Part shown: positions 31,777 to 42,358 of the stretch, one piece after another
Layout: the number at the start of each line of letters is the position of its first letter
How positions within the stretch are numbered: position 1 is the first letter of the stretch
NCBI GenBank assembly: GCA_965228345.1
Contig: CBDDHH010000004.1
Span: forward strand, 2,620 to 66,619
Source of the DNA: Alphaproteobacteria bacterium
GTDB taxonomy: Bacteria; Pseudomonadota; Alphaproteobacteria; UBA7985
Length of the DNA stretch: 64,000 nucleotides
Direction: 5' to 3'
The notes under the pieces: model-generated
Database searches by the model: none
What the model saw: the letters and a program-made list of their open reading frames with translations, nothing else
Told to the model about the DNA's origin: nothing
Translations under genes and position numbers: made by a program

Positions 31777-34700
31777 CTATTTGAGGAGTGCGGCGTGGGA
31801 ATTGAGTTTAGACCGCCATAGGCCGCGATCCAAGGCCTCTTGGAACCGCGCGCGCATCTCGTTTAAGGCGTCGGGGTTGACCTCTTCGATCCAGTCTCGC
31901 ACCGCCGCGTCTTCCAGATAAGCGCCGTAGAGCTGGTCGAAATGATGCCCCTCGACAAGGCCCGTCGTGGCGGCGAAGGCGAAGAGGTAGTCGAGCGTGG
32001 CGGCCAGTTCAAAGGCGCCCTTGTAGCCGTGGCGCTGGCACCCGGCGATCCACTTGGGATTGGCGGCGCGACCGCGCACAATCCGACCGATCTCCGACTT
32101 GAGGGTTTGAATTCGCGGGCGCTCAGGGCGCGAATGATCGTTCAGATAGGCCACGGGCGCCGCGCCACGTTCCGCGGTCACCGCCGCCGTCGCCCCGCCC
32201 AGGAACTGGTAGTAGTCATCGGAATCCAGCACATCGTGCTCGCGGTTGTCTTGGTTTTGCACGACCGCCTCGGCGAGGGCGAGACGGGCGCGGAAGCTTG
32301 GCTCGGCGCGCGCGCCCTCTTGCCCCGCCCCATAAGCGTAGGACGACCAGTTAATGTACGACTGGCCCAGGTCGTCGGCGTCGGTCCAGCCGCCTTCATC
32401 CATCAGGGCCTGCAAACCAGCGCCGTAGGCCCCGGGCATGGATCCAAAAACGCGGCTGCCTGCCAGGGTTTCGCCCTGTCCTTGCTCGACGTCGCTCAAG
32501 TAGCGGGCGCGCGCAGGGTTCATGGTCAGCGGTTCGTCCTGGTCCATCACCGCGCGCGCGGCGCTGTCGATCAAGCTGATCTGCGCGGGAAAGGCGTCGC
32601 GGAAAAAGCCGGAAATCCTTAGGGTGACGTCGACGCGCGGGCGATCCAGCACTGTGAGCGGCATGACCTCAAAGCCTGTCACCCGGCCCGAGGTCGGATC
32701 CCAAGTCGGTTGCACACCCATGAGCGCCAAGACCTGAGCCAGATCATCGCCGCCGGTGCGCATATTGGCGGTCCCCCAGGCCGAAACGATCAGCGATTTG
32801 GGGTAAGCGCCCTGGTCCTGGCGATGAGTATCGAGCAACAGGCAAGCGGATTCCCACCCCAGCCGCCAGGCGGCGGGCGTTGGTAGGCTGCGCGGGTCGA
32901 GGGAGTAGAAGTTGCGCCCGGTGGGCAGCACGTCTTCGCGCCCGCGTGTTGGCGCGCCCGAGGCGCTAGGCGGAACGAACCGCCCCGTAAAACCCCGCCG
33001 CAAATTGGCCAGCTCATTGAAGGCAGACTCCTCCAACTTGGCGGCGAGGGCGGGGGCATGGATGGTTTGGATCGACCGCGACGCTGGCCCTGGGGGCGCA
33101 AATTCATCGCCGCCTCGCAAGAGATTGCGCCCGTAAATTTCCAAACGCTCCACCGTGTCTCCCGTTGTGCGCCAGGGTGTCACCACAACGTTCAGGGCCT
33201 CGGGCTTGGGTCCCGTCCAAGGCGCGGCCAAGTCTGCGGTCAGCGGGTCAAACCCCAGGGCCAAATCGTCGGCCAGGGCGCTCAAGAAGCTTGGACGCGC
33301 GCCTGACTTAAGCCGCATCAGGGCCAGCAACAGATCCCGCCGCTGGTCGCCCGTTGGCGCCCGCCCGAGAATGTGCAAGCCGTCGCGGATTTGCAGTTCC
33401 TTCAATTCGCACAAGTAGCCGTCGAGGGCGCTGAGCTGGTCAGCATCGCTGGTCTCGACATTTAGGCCCAAGTCGCGATCGAGACCCAGATCGCGCATCT
33501 GATCCAAGATCTGCTGCTGCAGCAAGTCCGCGCGGCGCGGATCCCCCTGCGCCGCCAGGTAAAATTCATCGACCAGCCGTTCCAGCGCCGCCACGTCGCC
33601 GTAGGTGTCGGCGCGGGTGAGCGGCGGGGTCAGGTGCGAAATCAGGGTCGCGCCCAGGCGTCGCTTGGCCTGTGTGCCCTCGCCTGGGTCGTTAATGATG
33701 AAAGGGTAGTGATTGCGTGCGCCGCGCATCAACGCCTCGGGCCAGCACTGGGGCGAGAGGCCGACGGCCTTGCCCGGCAGCCATTCCAAATTACCGTGTT
33801 TGCCGACATGGATCAGATCGCTGACCGCCAGCCCTTGCAGGGCCAAATAGGCCGCGATGTAGCCGTGCGGGGGCACTAGGGCCGGGTCGTGGTAGGTCGC
33901 CTCAGGGTCGATCTGATAGCCGCGCGCGGGCTGGATCATGATCAGGGCTGGACCCAGGTCAAGGATCGGCAGGTTGAACCCCGAGCCGTCAAAAAAGGGG
34001 TCCGATTCGGGCGGGCCCCAGCGCTGCCGCACGGCGGTCGACAAAACCCTTGGCAGACGGGCTAGGGCTTGCGCATAGTCTGCCAAGGCGTAAGCCAGAC
34101 CCTTGCCCCGCTTGGCATTGGTTGTGGCGGTACGCAGGCGCGTCATCAAGGCCTGACCGTCGGCAAAGTCCTGGACGCCCAGGGTCTTAAGGATTTGAAC
34201 GGCGCTTTCGGGGGTATCGAGACCGACGCCGTTGGCCAACCGGCCATCGCGATTGGGGTAGTTGGCCAGAATCAAGGCCACTTTCCCGCCGCCCGTTGGG
34301 GCTGCGCGGGTCAGGCAGGTGGCGATGCCCGTGTCATAGGCCTCGTAAGTAGTCACGGTGCAGTCGGTGCGCGGGTCATGACGCCCTGGTGACTTGAAGG
34401 AAACAATCCCACCCATTAGGCGCCCGTCGACCTCGGGCAGGGCCACGTTCATGACAACGTCGCGGGCGCCCAGTCCGCGGGCGCTTTCGGCCCATTCCGG
34501 GGCCGTACAACTGGCGTGAATGCCCTGGATAATCGGAACATCGAGACCCTCGAAGGCCTCGACGGCAAAGTCCGTCCCCGGTTTGGACACCGAAAAGCCG
34601 GTGGTGGCGATGATGGCGCGCATGCCGGCTATTTTCTCCCGCACCAGTGCCGCGACATGGGGATCCTTAAGGGACGAAACGTAGAGCGCGACATAGCCTT

Positions 34701-35325
34701 GGCCCCGGGCGCGCAGCTGGTCGCAAAGGGCGGTCATAGGCGCGGTATTGCCCGCCAGAAAGTGCGCCCGATAAAAGACCAGGCCCACGGGGTCCGCGCC
34801 CGCCGCACGGTCGAACACCCCTACCTCCAACACGGGCTTGGCGGGCAGGGCGTCCTGGCCTGCCAACGCTTTCCAAAACTGCCGCCCATTTTCGATGCCG
34901 CCCTGGGCCAAGTAGGTCCAGAGGCGGCGGGCCTGCTGGGGGTCTTGATTTAGGGCCAGGGTCTCGGGGTCTTCCTTGTCGTCGCCGCTCATGAAAAACA
35001 CCTGCGTCGCGCCGTGAGCCGCCAATTGTTGCAGCTGCTCGACCCCATAAGTCCAGTAGGCCTTGCCGCCGAGCAAGCGCACGACAATCCGCTCGGCGGC
35101 GCCGGCCATGCGCGCCAGGTAAGCATCGACTGAGAACGGATGCTTGAGTTGCAACCAGGAACAGAGGCGCGCGCTCGGAAACGGGTCCTGCGGCAGGGCC
35201 GCGCTCAAGACCGCGAGATCGGTGTCGGCGGCGGACAAGACCAGTAACTTGCCCGGCTGCTGCACAAGATCAACGGGCCCGTCGCCGTCAGAAATCAGGC
35301 CAGGCTGCGCGGTGAGCAGGTGCAT
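31777..35325 (-). CDS. cobN: Cobaltochelatase subunit CobN
   Basis: MHLLTAQPG, HVGKHGNLEWLPGK, LPTGRNFY, RISGFFRDAFP, DSDDYYQF. Confidence 0.96.
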   Translation of the reverse strand: MHLLTAQPGLISDGDGPVDLVQQPGKLLVLSAADTDLAVLSAALPQDPFPSARLCSWLQLKHPFSVDAYLARMAGAAERIVVRLLGGKAYWTYGVEQLQQLAAHGATQVFFMSGDDKEDPETLALNQDPQQARRLWTYLAQGGIENGRQFWKALAGQDALPAKPVLEVGVFDRAAGADPVGLVFYRAHFLAGNTAPMTALCDQLRARGQGYVALYVSSLKDPHVAALVREKIAGMRAIIATTGFSVSKPGTDFAVEAFEGLDVPIIQGIHASCTAPEWAESARGLGARDVVMNVALPEVDGRLMGGIVSFKSPGRHDPRTDCTVTTYEAYDTGIATCLTRAAPTGGGKVALILANYPNRDGRLANGVGLDTPESAVQILKTLGVQDFADGQALMTRLRTATTNAKRGKGLAYALADYAQALARLPRVLSTAVRQRWGPPESDPFFDGSGFNLPILDLGPALIMIQPARGYQIDPEATYHDPALVPPHGYIAAYLALQGLAVSDLIHVGKHGNLEWLPGKAVGLSPQCWPEALMRGARNHYPFIINDPGEGTQAKRRLGATLISHLTPPLTRADTYGDVAALERLVDEFYLAAQGDPRRADLLQQQILDQMRDLGLDRDLGLNVETSDADQLSALDGYLCELKELQIRDGLHILGRAPTGDQRRDLLLALMRLKSGARPSFLSALADDLALGFDPLTADLAAPWTGPKPEALNVVVTPWRTTGDTVERLEIYGRNLLRGGDEFAPPGPASRSIQTIHAPALAAKLEESAFNELANLRRGFTGRFVPPSASGAPTRGREDVLPTGRNFYSLDPRSLPTPAAWRLGWESACLLLDTHRQDQGAYPKSLIVSAWGTANMRTGGDDLAQVLALMGVQPTWDPTSGRVTGFEVMPLTVLDRPRVDVTLRISGFFRDAFPAQISLIDSAARAVMDQDEPLTMNPARARYLSDVEQGQGETLAGSRVFGSMPGAYGAGLQALMDEGGWTDADDLGQSYINWSSYAYGAGQEGARAEPSFRARLALAEAVVQNQDNREHDVLDSDDYYQFLGGATAAVTAERGAAPVAYLNDHSRPERPRIQTLKSEIGRIVRGRAANPKWIAGCQRHGYKGAFELAATLDYLFAFAATTGLVEGHHFDQLYGAYLEDAAVRDWIEEVNPDALNEMRARFQEALDRGLWRSKLNSHAALLK

Positions 35326-35849
35326 CAGACTTCTTTCAGGCGCGGCATGAGCTCGACCAGATTGCAGGGGCGATGGCGATTGTCGAGTTGGGTCCGCAAA
35401 ATACCCGTCCACCCGTCTTTGACCGCGCCAGGGCTGCCTGGCAGCGCGAACAGGTAGGTGCCCCGGCTGACGCCCCCAAGGGCGCGCGACTGCATAGTTG
35501 AGGTGCCGATTTTCTGATAGGACAGCCAGCGGAACAGCTCGCCGAAGCCGTCGATGCGCTTTTCCAGAACGGCCTCCAAGGCTTCCGGCGTCACGTCCCG
35601 GCCCGTTACGCCGGTCCCGCCCGTGGTGATCACGCAGTCCACGGCGGGGTCGGCAATGAGGCCGCGTAGCCGCTCAACAATCGCCCCGGACTCGTCTTTG
35701 AGGATCGCCCGCGCGTGCACCCGGTGCCCGTCACCCTCGATCAACTTCGCAAGGACATCCCCGCTGCGGTCGGCGGCGGCGGTGCGCGTATCGCTGATGG
35801 TCAGGACGGCGATATGGACGGGAATGAAGGGGCGACTCGGATCGATCAT
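35325..35849 (-). CDS. moaB: Molybdenum cofactor biosynthesis protein B
   Basis: VLTISDTR, TGGTGVTGRDVTPEA, LPGS, HRPCNLVE. Confidence 0.94.
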   Translation of the reverse strand: MIDPSRPFIPVHIAVLTISDTRTAAADRSGDVLAKLIEGDGHRVHARAILKDESGAIVERLRGLIADPAVDCVITTGGTGVTGRDVTPEALEAVLEKRIDGFGELFRWLSYQKIGTSTMQSRALGGVSRGTYLFALPGSPGAVKDGWTGILRTQLDNRHRPCNLVELMPRLKEV

Positions 35850-36679
35850 AGCAGGTCCTCCATCTTGGCCTTGAGCCCGCGCAAATCGGTCCATGCTTCG
35901 CGCTTGGTCGTGGGCATTCGCAGCAAGTAGGCGGGGTGGAGCATGGGCAAGGCGGGGATTTCTGGCCCCTCATAGCCCCTATAGGTCATCCACTTGCCTC
36001 GAGACCTAGTGATGCTGGGTACCGACAGCAAGGACTTGGTCGCCGCGGCGCCCACCGTCACCAAAATCTTCGGTTGATTGAGCTCGATCAAGCGCTCGAC
36101 AAAGGGCCGACACACGGCCAACTCGCCGTCGTTCGGGGTGCGATTGCCCAAGGGGCGCCAAAAGACCGAATTGGAAATCAGCACATGCGTCTCCCGCCGG
36201 AGGCCAATGGCCGCGAGCATGGCGTCGAGCAACTGACCTGCGGGCCCAACGAAGGGCAAACCCGCCTCGTCCTCCCGCGCGCCCGGGGCTTCGCCGATCA
36301 GCAAGACTTGCGCGGCGGGGTTGCCGTCCAGGACAACGGTGGAGCGTGCGGTTTTCTTAAGTTCGCAGTGCTCGAACGCCTCGATGGCGGCAACTAGGTC
36401 GGGGATTGACTGCGCCGCCGCTGCGGCGGCCTGCGCATAGGGCAGGCCCGCCATGGCCCCGCCGAGCAAGGGCGCGCCAGGTTCGAATTGGGTCAGCGGC
36501 GCGCGGGTCTGAGCGGCGGGCCTTTGGGGCTGGCGCGCTTGCGCGGGGCGCGACGAACGCCGCGGATCGTTGGCAGCCGAATCTGCAAACCGATCCATGG
36601 GGGCCGGGCCCACAGCCGTATCGACGCCCGCCAGCATCTGGAATTCCAGGGCGGCCAAAAGAGCCTTTTGGTCGTTCAT
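35846..36679 (-). CDS. Family-4 uracil-DNA glycosylase
   Basis: IGEAPG..ED..G.PFVGPAGQLL, WRPLGNR, HPAYLLR. Confidence 0.93.
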   Translation of the reverse strand: MNDQKALLAALEFQMLAGVDTAVGPAPMDRFADSAANDPRRSSRPAQARQPQRPAAQTRAPLTQFEPGAPLLGGAMAGLPYAQAAAAAAQSIPDLVAAIEAFEHCELKKTARSTVVLDGNPAAQVLLIGEAPGAREDEAGLPFVGPAGQLLDAMLAAIGLRRETHVLISNSVFWRPLGNRTPNDGELAVCRPFVERLIELNQPKILVTVGAAATKSLLSVPSITRSRGKWMTYRGYEGPEIPALPMLHPAYLLRMPTTKREAWTDLRGLKAKMEDLL

Positions 36680-36747
36680 ACCCCCTTACCTAAGGACGAA
36701 AGAGGGCTATAGGAAGGCCCAGAAAATTGCCGACTTTAGGGGAAGTT

Positions 36748-38415
36748 ATGAACCAAACTATCGAACGCGAGTCCATGGACTACGACGTGGTCATCGTCGG
36801 CGGTGGCCCCGCGGGGCTCGCCGCTGCGATCCGCCTCAAGCAGTTGGCGGCAGCGGCGGGGACGGACATCGACATTGCCCTGCTCGAAAAGGGGTCTGAG
36901 ATCGGCGCGCACATCCTCTCGGGCGCGGTCATGGAACCCACCGCCATGGCCGAACTGTTCCCCGACTGGCAAGAGCGGGGTGCGCCGCTCAATACGCCCG
37001 TTCGCCAGGAAAAATTCCTCTTCCTGACTCGGCGCGGCGGCCTATCGATTCCGCTGTGGATGCTGCCGAAGCAGACGCACAATCAGGGCAACTATATCAT
37101 CTCCCTCGGCAACGTCTGCCGCTGGCTGGCGGAACAGGCCGAGGAGCTCGGCGTCGAAATTTTCCCGGGCTTTCCCGCCGCCCAGGTCCTTTACAACGAC
37201 GACGGCGCCGTGGCGGGGGTGATTACGGGCGACATGGGCGTCGGCCGCGACGGCCAGCCCAAGGGCGGATTTGAACCGGGCATGGAGCTGCGCGCCAAAT
37301 TCACCCTGTTTGGGGAAGGGGTGCGCGGGCACCTTTCCAAGCAATTGATCGAGCGGTTCGACCTGCGCGCCCATGCCTCGGTACAGAACTACGGGCTTGG
37401 CTTTAAGGAATTGTGGGAACTGGACCCCGAGCGCCATCAGGAGGGCCTGATCGTCCATTCGGCAGGCTGGCCCATGGATTCCAAGACTTGGGGTGGGTCC
37501 TTCGTCTATCACCTGGAAAACCATCAAGCCTACGTCGGCTACGTCGTCTCCCTGGACTACAAGAACCCGCACCTGTCGCCCTACGAAGAGTTCCAGCGCT
37601 TCAAGACCCATAAGCACCTTCGGGCCATGCTGAAGGGCGGCAAGCGCGTCGCCTACGGCGCTCGCGCTATCAACGAGGGCGGTGATCAAGCGGTGCCTAA
37701 GTTAACCTTCCCCGGCGGTGCCTTGATCGGCTGTTCCGCAGGATTCTTGAACGTCCCGAAAATCAAGGGCAGCCATACGGCCATGAAGTCGGGCATGTTG
37801 GCGGCAGAATCCGTGTTCGCTTACCTCGCCGACGGCGCGATGGGCGGGGTTGACCCCGTCTCTTTCGAGGAAGCCTACAAAAGCTCTTGGGTCAAAAAAG
37901 AACTGCACGCCGCCCGCAACTTCCGCCCCTGGTTCTTAAAGTTCGGCCTCTTGGGTTTTGGCATTGGCGGGCTTGAGTTAAAACTTGGCAACTGGGGCCT
38001 GACCATGCCCTGGACCCTTCGGCCCAACCATCCCGACCACGCCGCCACGGGTCTGGCGGGGGACCATCCCAAAATCTCCTACCCCAAGCCCGACCAGATC
38101 TATTCCTTCTCCCGTCTCGATTCCGTCGCCCTGACGGGCACGTACCATGAGGAAGACCAGCCGATCCACCTGCAACTGACCGATGCCGATCGACCCATCG
38201 CGCACAACCTGCCGCTCTACGACGAACCTGCGCAGCGCTACTGCCCCGCGGGGGTTTACGAGGTGCTTTACGATTCCTCGGGCCAAAACCCGACCTTCCA
38301 AATCAATGCGCAAAACTGCATCCACTGCAAGACCTGCGATATCAAGGACCCAAGCCAAAACATTACCTGGGTCAGCCCCGAAGGCACGGGCGGCCCCAAC
38401 TATCCCAACATGTGA
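36748..38415 (+). CDS. ETF-ubiquinone oxidoreductase
   Basis: GGGPAGL, LEKGSEIGAHILSG, YCPAGVYE, NCIHCKTCDIKDP. Confidence 0.97.
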   Translation: MNQTIERESMDYDVVIVGGGPAGLAAAIRLKQLAAAAGTDIDIALLEKGSEIGAHILSGAVMEPTAMAELFPDWQERGAPLNTPVRQEKFLFLTRRGGLSIPLWMLPKQTHNQGNYIISLGNVCRWLAEQAEELGVEIFPGFPAAQVLYNDDGAVAGVITGDMGVGRDGQPKGGFEPGMELRAKFTLFGEGVRGHLSKQLIERFDLRAHASVQNYGLGFKELWELDPERHQEGLIVHSAGWPMDSKTWGGSFVYHLENHQAYVGYVVSLDYKNPHLSPYEEFQRFKTHKHLRAMLKGGKRVAYGARAINEGGDQAVPKLTFPGGALIGCSAGFLNVPKIKGSHTAMKSGMLAAESVFAYLADGAMGGVDPVSFEEAYKSSWVKKELHAARNFRPWFLKFGLLGFGIGGLELKLGNWGLTMPWTLRPNHPDHAATGLAGDHPKISYPKPDQIYSFSRLDSVALTGTYHEEDQPIHLQLTDADRPIAHNLPLYDEPAQRYCPAGVYEVLYDSSGQNPTFQINAQNCIHCKTCDIKDPSQNITWVSPEGTGGPNYPNM

Positions 38416-39248
38416 ACCGCGCCTCCCTACCCGCACACACGCACGCGCCGCAAACCCTGGTCGCGCCGGCCAAGCTCAACCTATGGTTGCGGCTGACCCA
38501 GGCCCGACGCCCCGACGGCCGCCACGAGCTGCGTAGCCACTTCGCGCCGCTGGCCCTGGGCGACCATCTGACCTTAAGACCCACGCGGGCTTTCAGCCTC
38601 AGCGTCCAAGGCCCGTTCGCACACGGGGTCCCCGAGGACGACCGCAATCTCCTGGCCCAGGCCTTTGCAGGATTTTGCCGAACCTTCGCGCCCGTTCCAC
38701 CGCTGCAAATCGACCTCGAGAAAAACATCCCGCACGGGGCGGGATTGGGCGGAGGCTCATCCGACGCGGGCGCTTTGCTCGCATACTTAGCGCGCCAAAC
38801 TGGCTGCAACGTGGACGAGGTGCGCGACTGGTCGCTAAGCCTGGGCGCGGACGTTCCCGCCGCACTCGGCCCACACAGCGGCCTCGTAGCAGGTGTCGGT
38901 GAGATCCTCGGCGCCCGCCTGCCCGTGCCAGAAAAACGCGTCTTGCTGGTCAAGCCCGCCCGATCCTGTCCAACAAGGGAAGTCTTTGCGACCCTTCCAG
39001 CCCTAGGCCCCGCACTTGAAGCGAGTGAAAACGACCTCGAATCTGCCGCTTCCCGGGTATGTCCCGAGATTGCCGAGATCTTAGCCTACCTCAGAACCCA
39101 CATCGACCCCCGCGCGCAAATGACGGGGTCAGGGTCCACCTGCTTTGCCTTGGTCTCAAACGCTTTCTCGTTGACACATGAACACAGGAAGGCACTCGAC
39201 CGGTTTTGGGTGCACCTAACGGACTTTGCCGTCGTCGCCGTGCCTTAG
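38412..39248 (+). CDS. ispE: 4-diphosphocytidyl-2-C-methyl-D-erythritol kinase
   Basis: PAKLNL, KNIPHGAGLGGGSSDA, GADVP, MTGSGST. Confidence 0.95.
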   Translation: MNRASLPAHTHAPQTLVAPAKLNLWLRLTQARRPDGRHELRSHFAPLALGDHLTLRPTRAFSLSVQGPFAHGVPEDDRNLLAQAFAGFCRTFAPVPPLQIDLEKNIPHGAGLGGGSSDAGALLAYLARQTGCNVDEVRDWSLSLGADVPAALGPHSGLVAGVGEILGARLPVPEKRVLLVKPARSCPTREVFATLPALGPALEASENDLESAASRVCPEIAEILAYLRTHIDPRAQMTGSGSTCFALVSNAFSLTHEHRKALDRFWVHLTDFAVVAVP

Positions 39249-39424
39249 TCCAACGCGGTCACCGGGACACAGATGGGGCAGGATCGACCGTGCGCCCGAA
39301 CCGGCACACCGCACTCCTAATTTGGCGCGACCCTCACCAGGATGATCCAAGACGGACCTTGCGCATAGATCGCCAAACGCGAGCGTCTTGACATTACCAA
39401 CTACGAGGTCCATCCTATCCACCC

Positions 39425-39829
39425 ATGTCCATAAACACCCGTCCCCTCAAGTCGTTTTTGCCCCCTTGGGTTTGGGCCATCGTTGCGATTGAGGTTCTGG
39501 TCCCCAGTTTCTTCGCGCTCGCCTCTCTCAATAATCCGAGCCTGTGGGGTGAGGCGCAGTTGGGAGTTTATGGGGAACTCTATGTCATTCGTAACCTGGC
39601 CATGGCCTTTGGTGTCGCAATCGCGGCGCTTTGGCTGCGCTCCCACGCGGCCGTGTTGGCAACTATTGCCGCACGGTTCGTTACCGATGCCGTTGACATA
39701 GGGGCGGGGTTCGCTCGCGGCCCCGATGGACAAACTTTCGCACTCCTTGTGATCTTCTCCCTCATCCTGCTGGTCATTCCAGCGCTCGGTTTGAGGTGGC
39801 TCGTGCGGCAGCACGGAACCTCTGGATAG
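39425..39829 (+). CDS. Small multi-TM membrane protein
   Basis: Four hydrophobic segments, RNLA motif. Confidence 0.7.
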   Translation: MSINTRPLKSFLPPWVWAIVAIEVLVPSFFALASLNNPSLWGEAQLGVYGELYVIRNLAMAFGVAIAALWLRSHAAVLATIAARFVTDAVDIGAGFARGPDGQTFALLVIFSLILLVIPALGLRWLVRQHGTSG

Positions 39830-40053
39830 GGCGGGGTATAGGAAAGCAGCACAAAACCTCTGCCAGATTCTATAATCCAAGCAGAGCGAAGGTATATGGG
39901 CTATAATGGAATATGGAGATGGTGCCCTGAAGAGGACGCTAACTTTTTGCCTAATCCCACATTGGATAATGGCTTGTAAAAAGACCAGATTTTCTACTCC
40001 CCCGCTGACTCCCCCAAAATTGATTTGTGCCCCCAATGAATCGCCCTTCCCAG

Positions 40054-40377
40054 CTACGCGGCCGAGATTTGGATTTGCTTCCCGATCAGAACGCCGATCC
40101 ATTGCTCATCCCAGCGCTGGCCGTTGTGGATACGCTCGGGGAATAGGGGGTCGCAGTCATGGACCTTGAGGGTGCGATATTGCCGCTTGCCTGTTTGAAG
40201 CGTCTCCCAATCATCGAGGATAAGCACATGGTCGCCAATGCGGGGGCGGGCGTGCCCCCTGGGATGGATTCGCCATTGCCGCTCTACCAGGTAAATCGGG
40301 GTGCCGTCTTGTTCCTGGGAATGCTCCTCAACAAAGGGGCAGTGCCATCGCTCGGTCTGGGGTTGAATCGCCGCCAT
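40054..40377 (-). CDS. Hypothetical island protein
   Basis: GAGGGGG RBS; cotranscribed arrangement with the two upstream small ORFs. Confidence 0.55.
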   Translation of the reverse strand: MAAIQPQTERWHCPFVEEHSQEQDGTPIYLVERQWRIHPRGHARPRIGDHVLILDDWETLQTGKRQYRTLKVHDCDPLFPERIHNGQRWDEQWIGVLIGKQIQISAA

Positions 40378-40386
40378 AGTACCCCC

Positions 40387-40614
40387 TCACGCCGCCGCTG
40401 GTTGGTCGGGTACGTTGCCCTGCATGACCTCGATGGAAAGGCGCAACGCCTCCCTCATCTTACCTAGGGCCCCATGGCTTTCCATGAGGGCATCAATGGT
40501 CCCTGGGTCGGTGATGTCGGCCTCCACGGTTCGCGTCCTGTAATAGCCCCGCGCTGGTTCGATCTGCCCCCCTGATACCATCAGTTGAATTTCTACGGTT
40601 ACGGTGTTGGTCAT
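40387..40614 (-). CDS. Hypothetical island protein (MTNTVTVE...)
   Basis: AAGGAGG RBS directly after the stop of 40626-40895. Confidence 0.6.
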   Translation of the reverse strand: MTNTVTVEIQLMVSGGQIEPARGYYRTRTVEADITDPGTIDALMESHGALGKMREALRLSIEVMQGNVPDQPAAA

Positions 40615-40625
40615 GGTTTGCCTCC

Positions 40626-40895
40626 TTAGGCTGCTTTGGGAAGGGATTGGATTTCGTTGCGAATGGCCCTCATCTTGGCGCCTGTTCCCAGCGCGTCGCT
40701 GTAGGACAGCCATTCTAGCTGGCGCTCGAGGCGCTCTCTGTGGGCGGCAAGGTCGCCGATTGACGCCAGCTTGCGGGCCTTCGCCCATGCTTGGCGTAGG
40801 TGATAGGCAAACAAGACACGGCAAAAGCGCGCTGGTTTGAATTGGTTGTATCCCTGCCAAGCTGCTTTCATGATTTCTGAACGGTTGTAAGTCAT
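40626..40895 (-). CDS. Phage-type small hypothetical protein
   Basis: YNRSEIMKAAW...LRQAWAKAR motif recalled from small phage/island proteins. Confidence 0.7.
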   Translation of the reverse strand: MTYNRSEIMKAAWQGYNQFKPARFCRVLFAYHLRQAWAKARKLASIGDLAAHRERLERQLEWLSYSDALGTGAKMRAIRNEIQSLPKAA

Positions 40896-40970
40896 TGGTC
40901 TTGCCTTTCGTTGTTATCTGAATTAGATATAAACTATTATCCGATCCAGTCAATAAGAAAGTTATCCAAA

Positions 40971-41234
40971 ATGGAGAAAATTATTTCAGCCAATGAATTA
41001 TGGACAGCGCGGGCCGCGCTCCGATTGAGCAGGGAACAAGTGGCAACCGCTGCGGGGGTCAGCGCCCCTACAATCAAGAACCTCGAATTAGGCCACGTCA
41101 GGGGCAAGCCTTACCAGGCCAGCGCCGATCTAAGCACAAAGCTGATTGCCTTCTTTGAAAGCCAAGGCCTGGAGTTTCTTCCCGAAAAGGTCGGGCGCGC
41201 CTTTGGGGTGGACGTTGCTAAGGGCCAAAATTGA
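40971..41234 (+). CDS. XRE/Cro-type HTH regulator
   Basis: ARAALRLSREQVATAAGVSAPTIKNLELG...FESQGLEF; divergent switch arrangement. Confidence 0.85.
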   Translation: MEKIISANELWTARAALRLSREQVATAAGVSAPTIKNLELGHVRGKPYQASADLSTKLIAFFESQGLEFLPEKVGRAFGVDVAKGQN

Positions 41235-42220
41235 AAGCGCCTTTTTTCTCCCTATCCGTCCCAACCATAGACAAGGCGGCTTCCCTGGGGGTCGCTGCGC
41301 TTTCTAGCCTGGTGGTGGTTGCTTGTGGGTCGGGTAAGGACAACGTCACATCAAGTTGGAGTGCAAGCGCCGTTCAAAAATACACGCGCCTGGGGCAAAA
41401 GCGCGCTCAAAAGGCAATCAGCGATCTGCTGGGTGCTGGGGTGCTTTCGGTGGCGGCGGGCTCCAAAAAAACCAAGCCTCGATATAAAATCAAGCGAGAC
41501 AAAAACGCTGCTGAAATATGGCTTCCAGAGTGTTTTGTGACTGGCCTGGAAGGTGAGGAAGTCTCTGTTTTGGAAAGGCTTAGGGCCGCTGGTGGTGTGA
41601 CTTATCTGCACCTATTGCTGAGGCTGTATGAGCATCAGAACATGCAAGAGCATTACGGCCTGCCATCAAACCTAATCGGTCAAAAGGCCAAAGTTGCTAA
41701 CACGCTCACAAGGGGCAGGAACATTGTGACGGCCTTTAACTGGGACGGCCCGCCAACACACCTAAGTCCATCCCCACCATTCGGGGACTTCAAGTCACCA
41801 GACGGGAAGGATCATAACTGCTGGAAGTATATCCATCACCTCCAGCGACTTGGTGCTATCGACTTGATACCCGTGGTTTTTGAAAGTGCCGAATGGGACG
41901 CCTTGCCGCTGTGGGTGGCCCCGTATGGGCAAACGGGCGAGGTGTTCGAGGCGTCCATCATGGCGCTACAGTCTGATAGGGCAAGGGAGTTAGCAGAGGA
42001 GGGCCTGACCAATTTTGAGGACCATTATGATCTATTGGCGATTTGGCCTGACACATACCCCAACGCCATTGTGAGGGGCATCTATCGCCTTAGATATCGC
42101 CCTCACACGGCATTAAATCGGGCCTGGGCATCAATGGCAAAATACATGGCAAATAGCCTTGAGGCCTCGATAAACTGCACCGATTGGCCGATAACCAAAA
42201 AGCGACAAAACTTTGCCTAA
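41231..42220 (+). CDS. Hypothetical winged-helix protein, possible replication initiator
   Basis: SASAVQKYTRLGQKRAQKAISDLLGAGVL wHTH-like segment; followed by tandem repeats; function inferred. Confidence 0.65.
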   Translation: MKAPFFSLSVPTIDKAASLGVAALSSLVVVACGSGKDNVTSSWSASAVQKYTRLGQKRAQKAISDLLGAGVLSVAAGSKKTKPRYKIKRDKNAAEIWLPECFVTGLEGEEVSVLERLRAAGGVTYLHLLLRLYEHQNMQEHYGLPSNLIGQKAKVANTLTRGRNIVTAFNWDGPPTHLSPSPPFGDFKSPDGKDHNCWKYIHHLQRLGAIDLIPVVFESAEWDALPLWVAPYGQTGEVFEASIMALQSDRARELAEEGLTNFEDHYDLLAIWPDTYPNAIVRGIYRLRYRPHTALNRAWASMAKYMANSLEASINCTDWPITKKRQNFA

Positions 42221-42247
42221 GTATCCATTTTGCGCCAAAAGACTAAC

Positions 42248-42358
42248 ATCAAGTGAGTACCAAGTGAACATCAAGTGAGGATCAAGTGAGTATCAAGTGA
42301 GTATCAAATACCTCTATACTAATATCTATATCCAACGTCAGTTTATCCAACGTCAGTT
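42248..42358 (+). repeat. Tandem 11-mer ATCAAGTGAGT x5.5 and 15-mer TATCCAACGTCAGTT x2
   Basis: Direct reading: 42248-42307 and 42329-42358. Confidence 0.9.
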
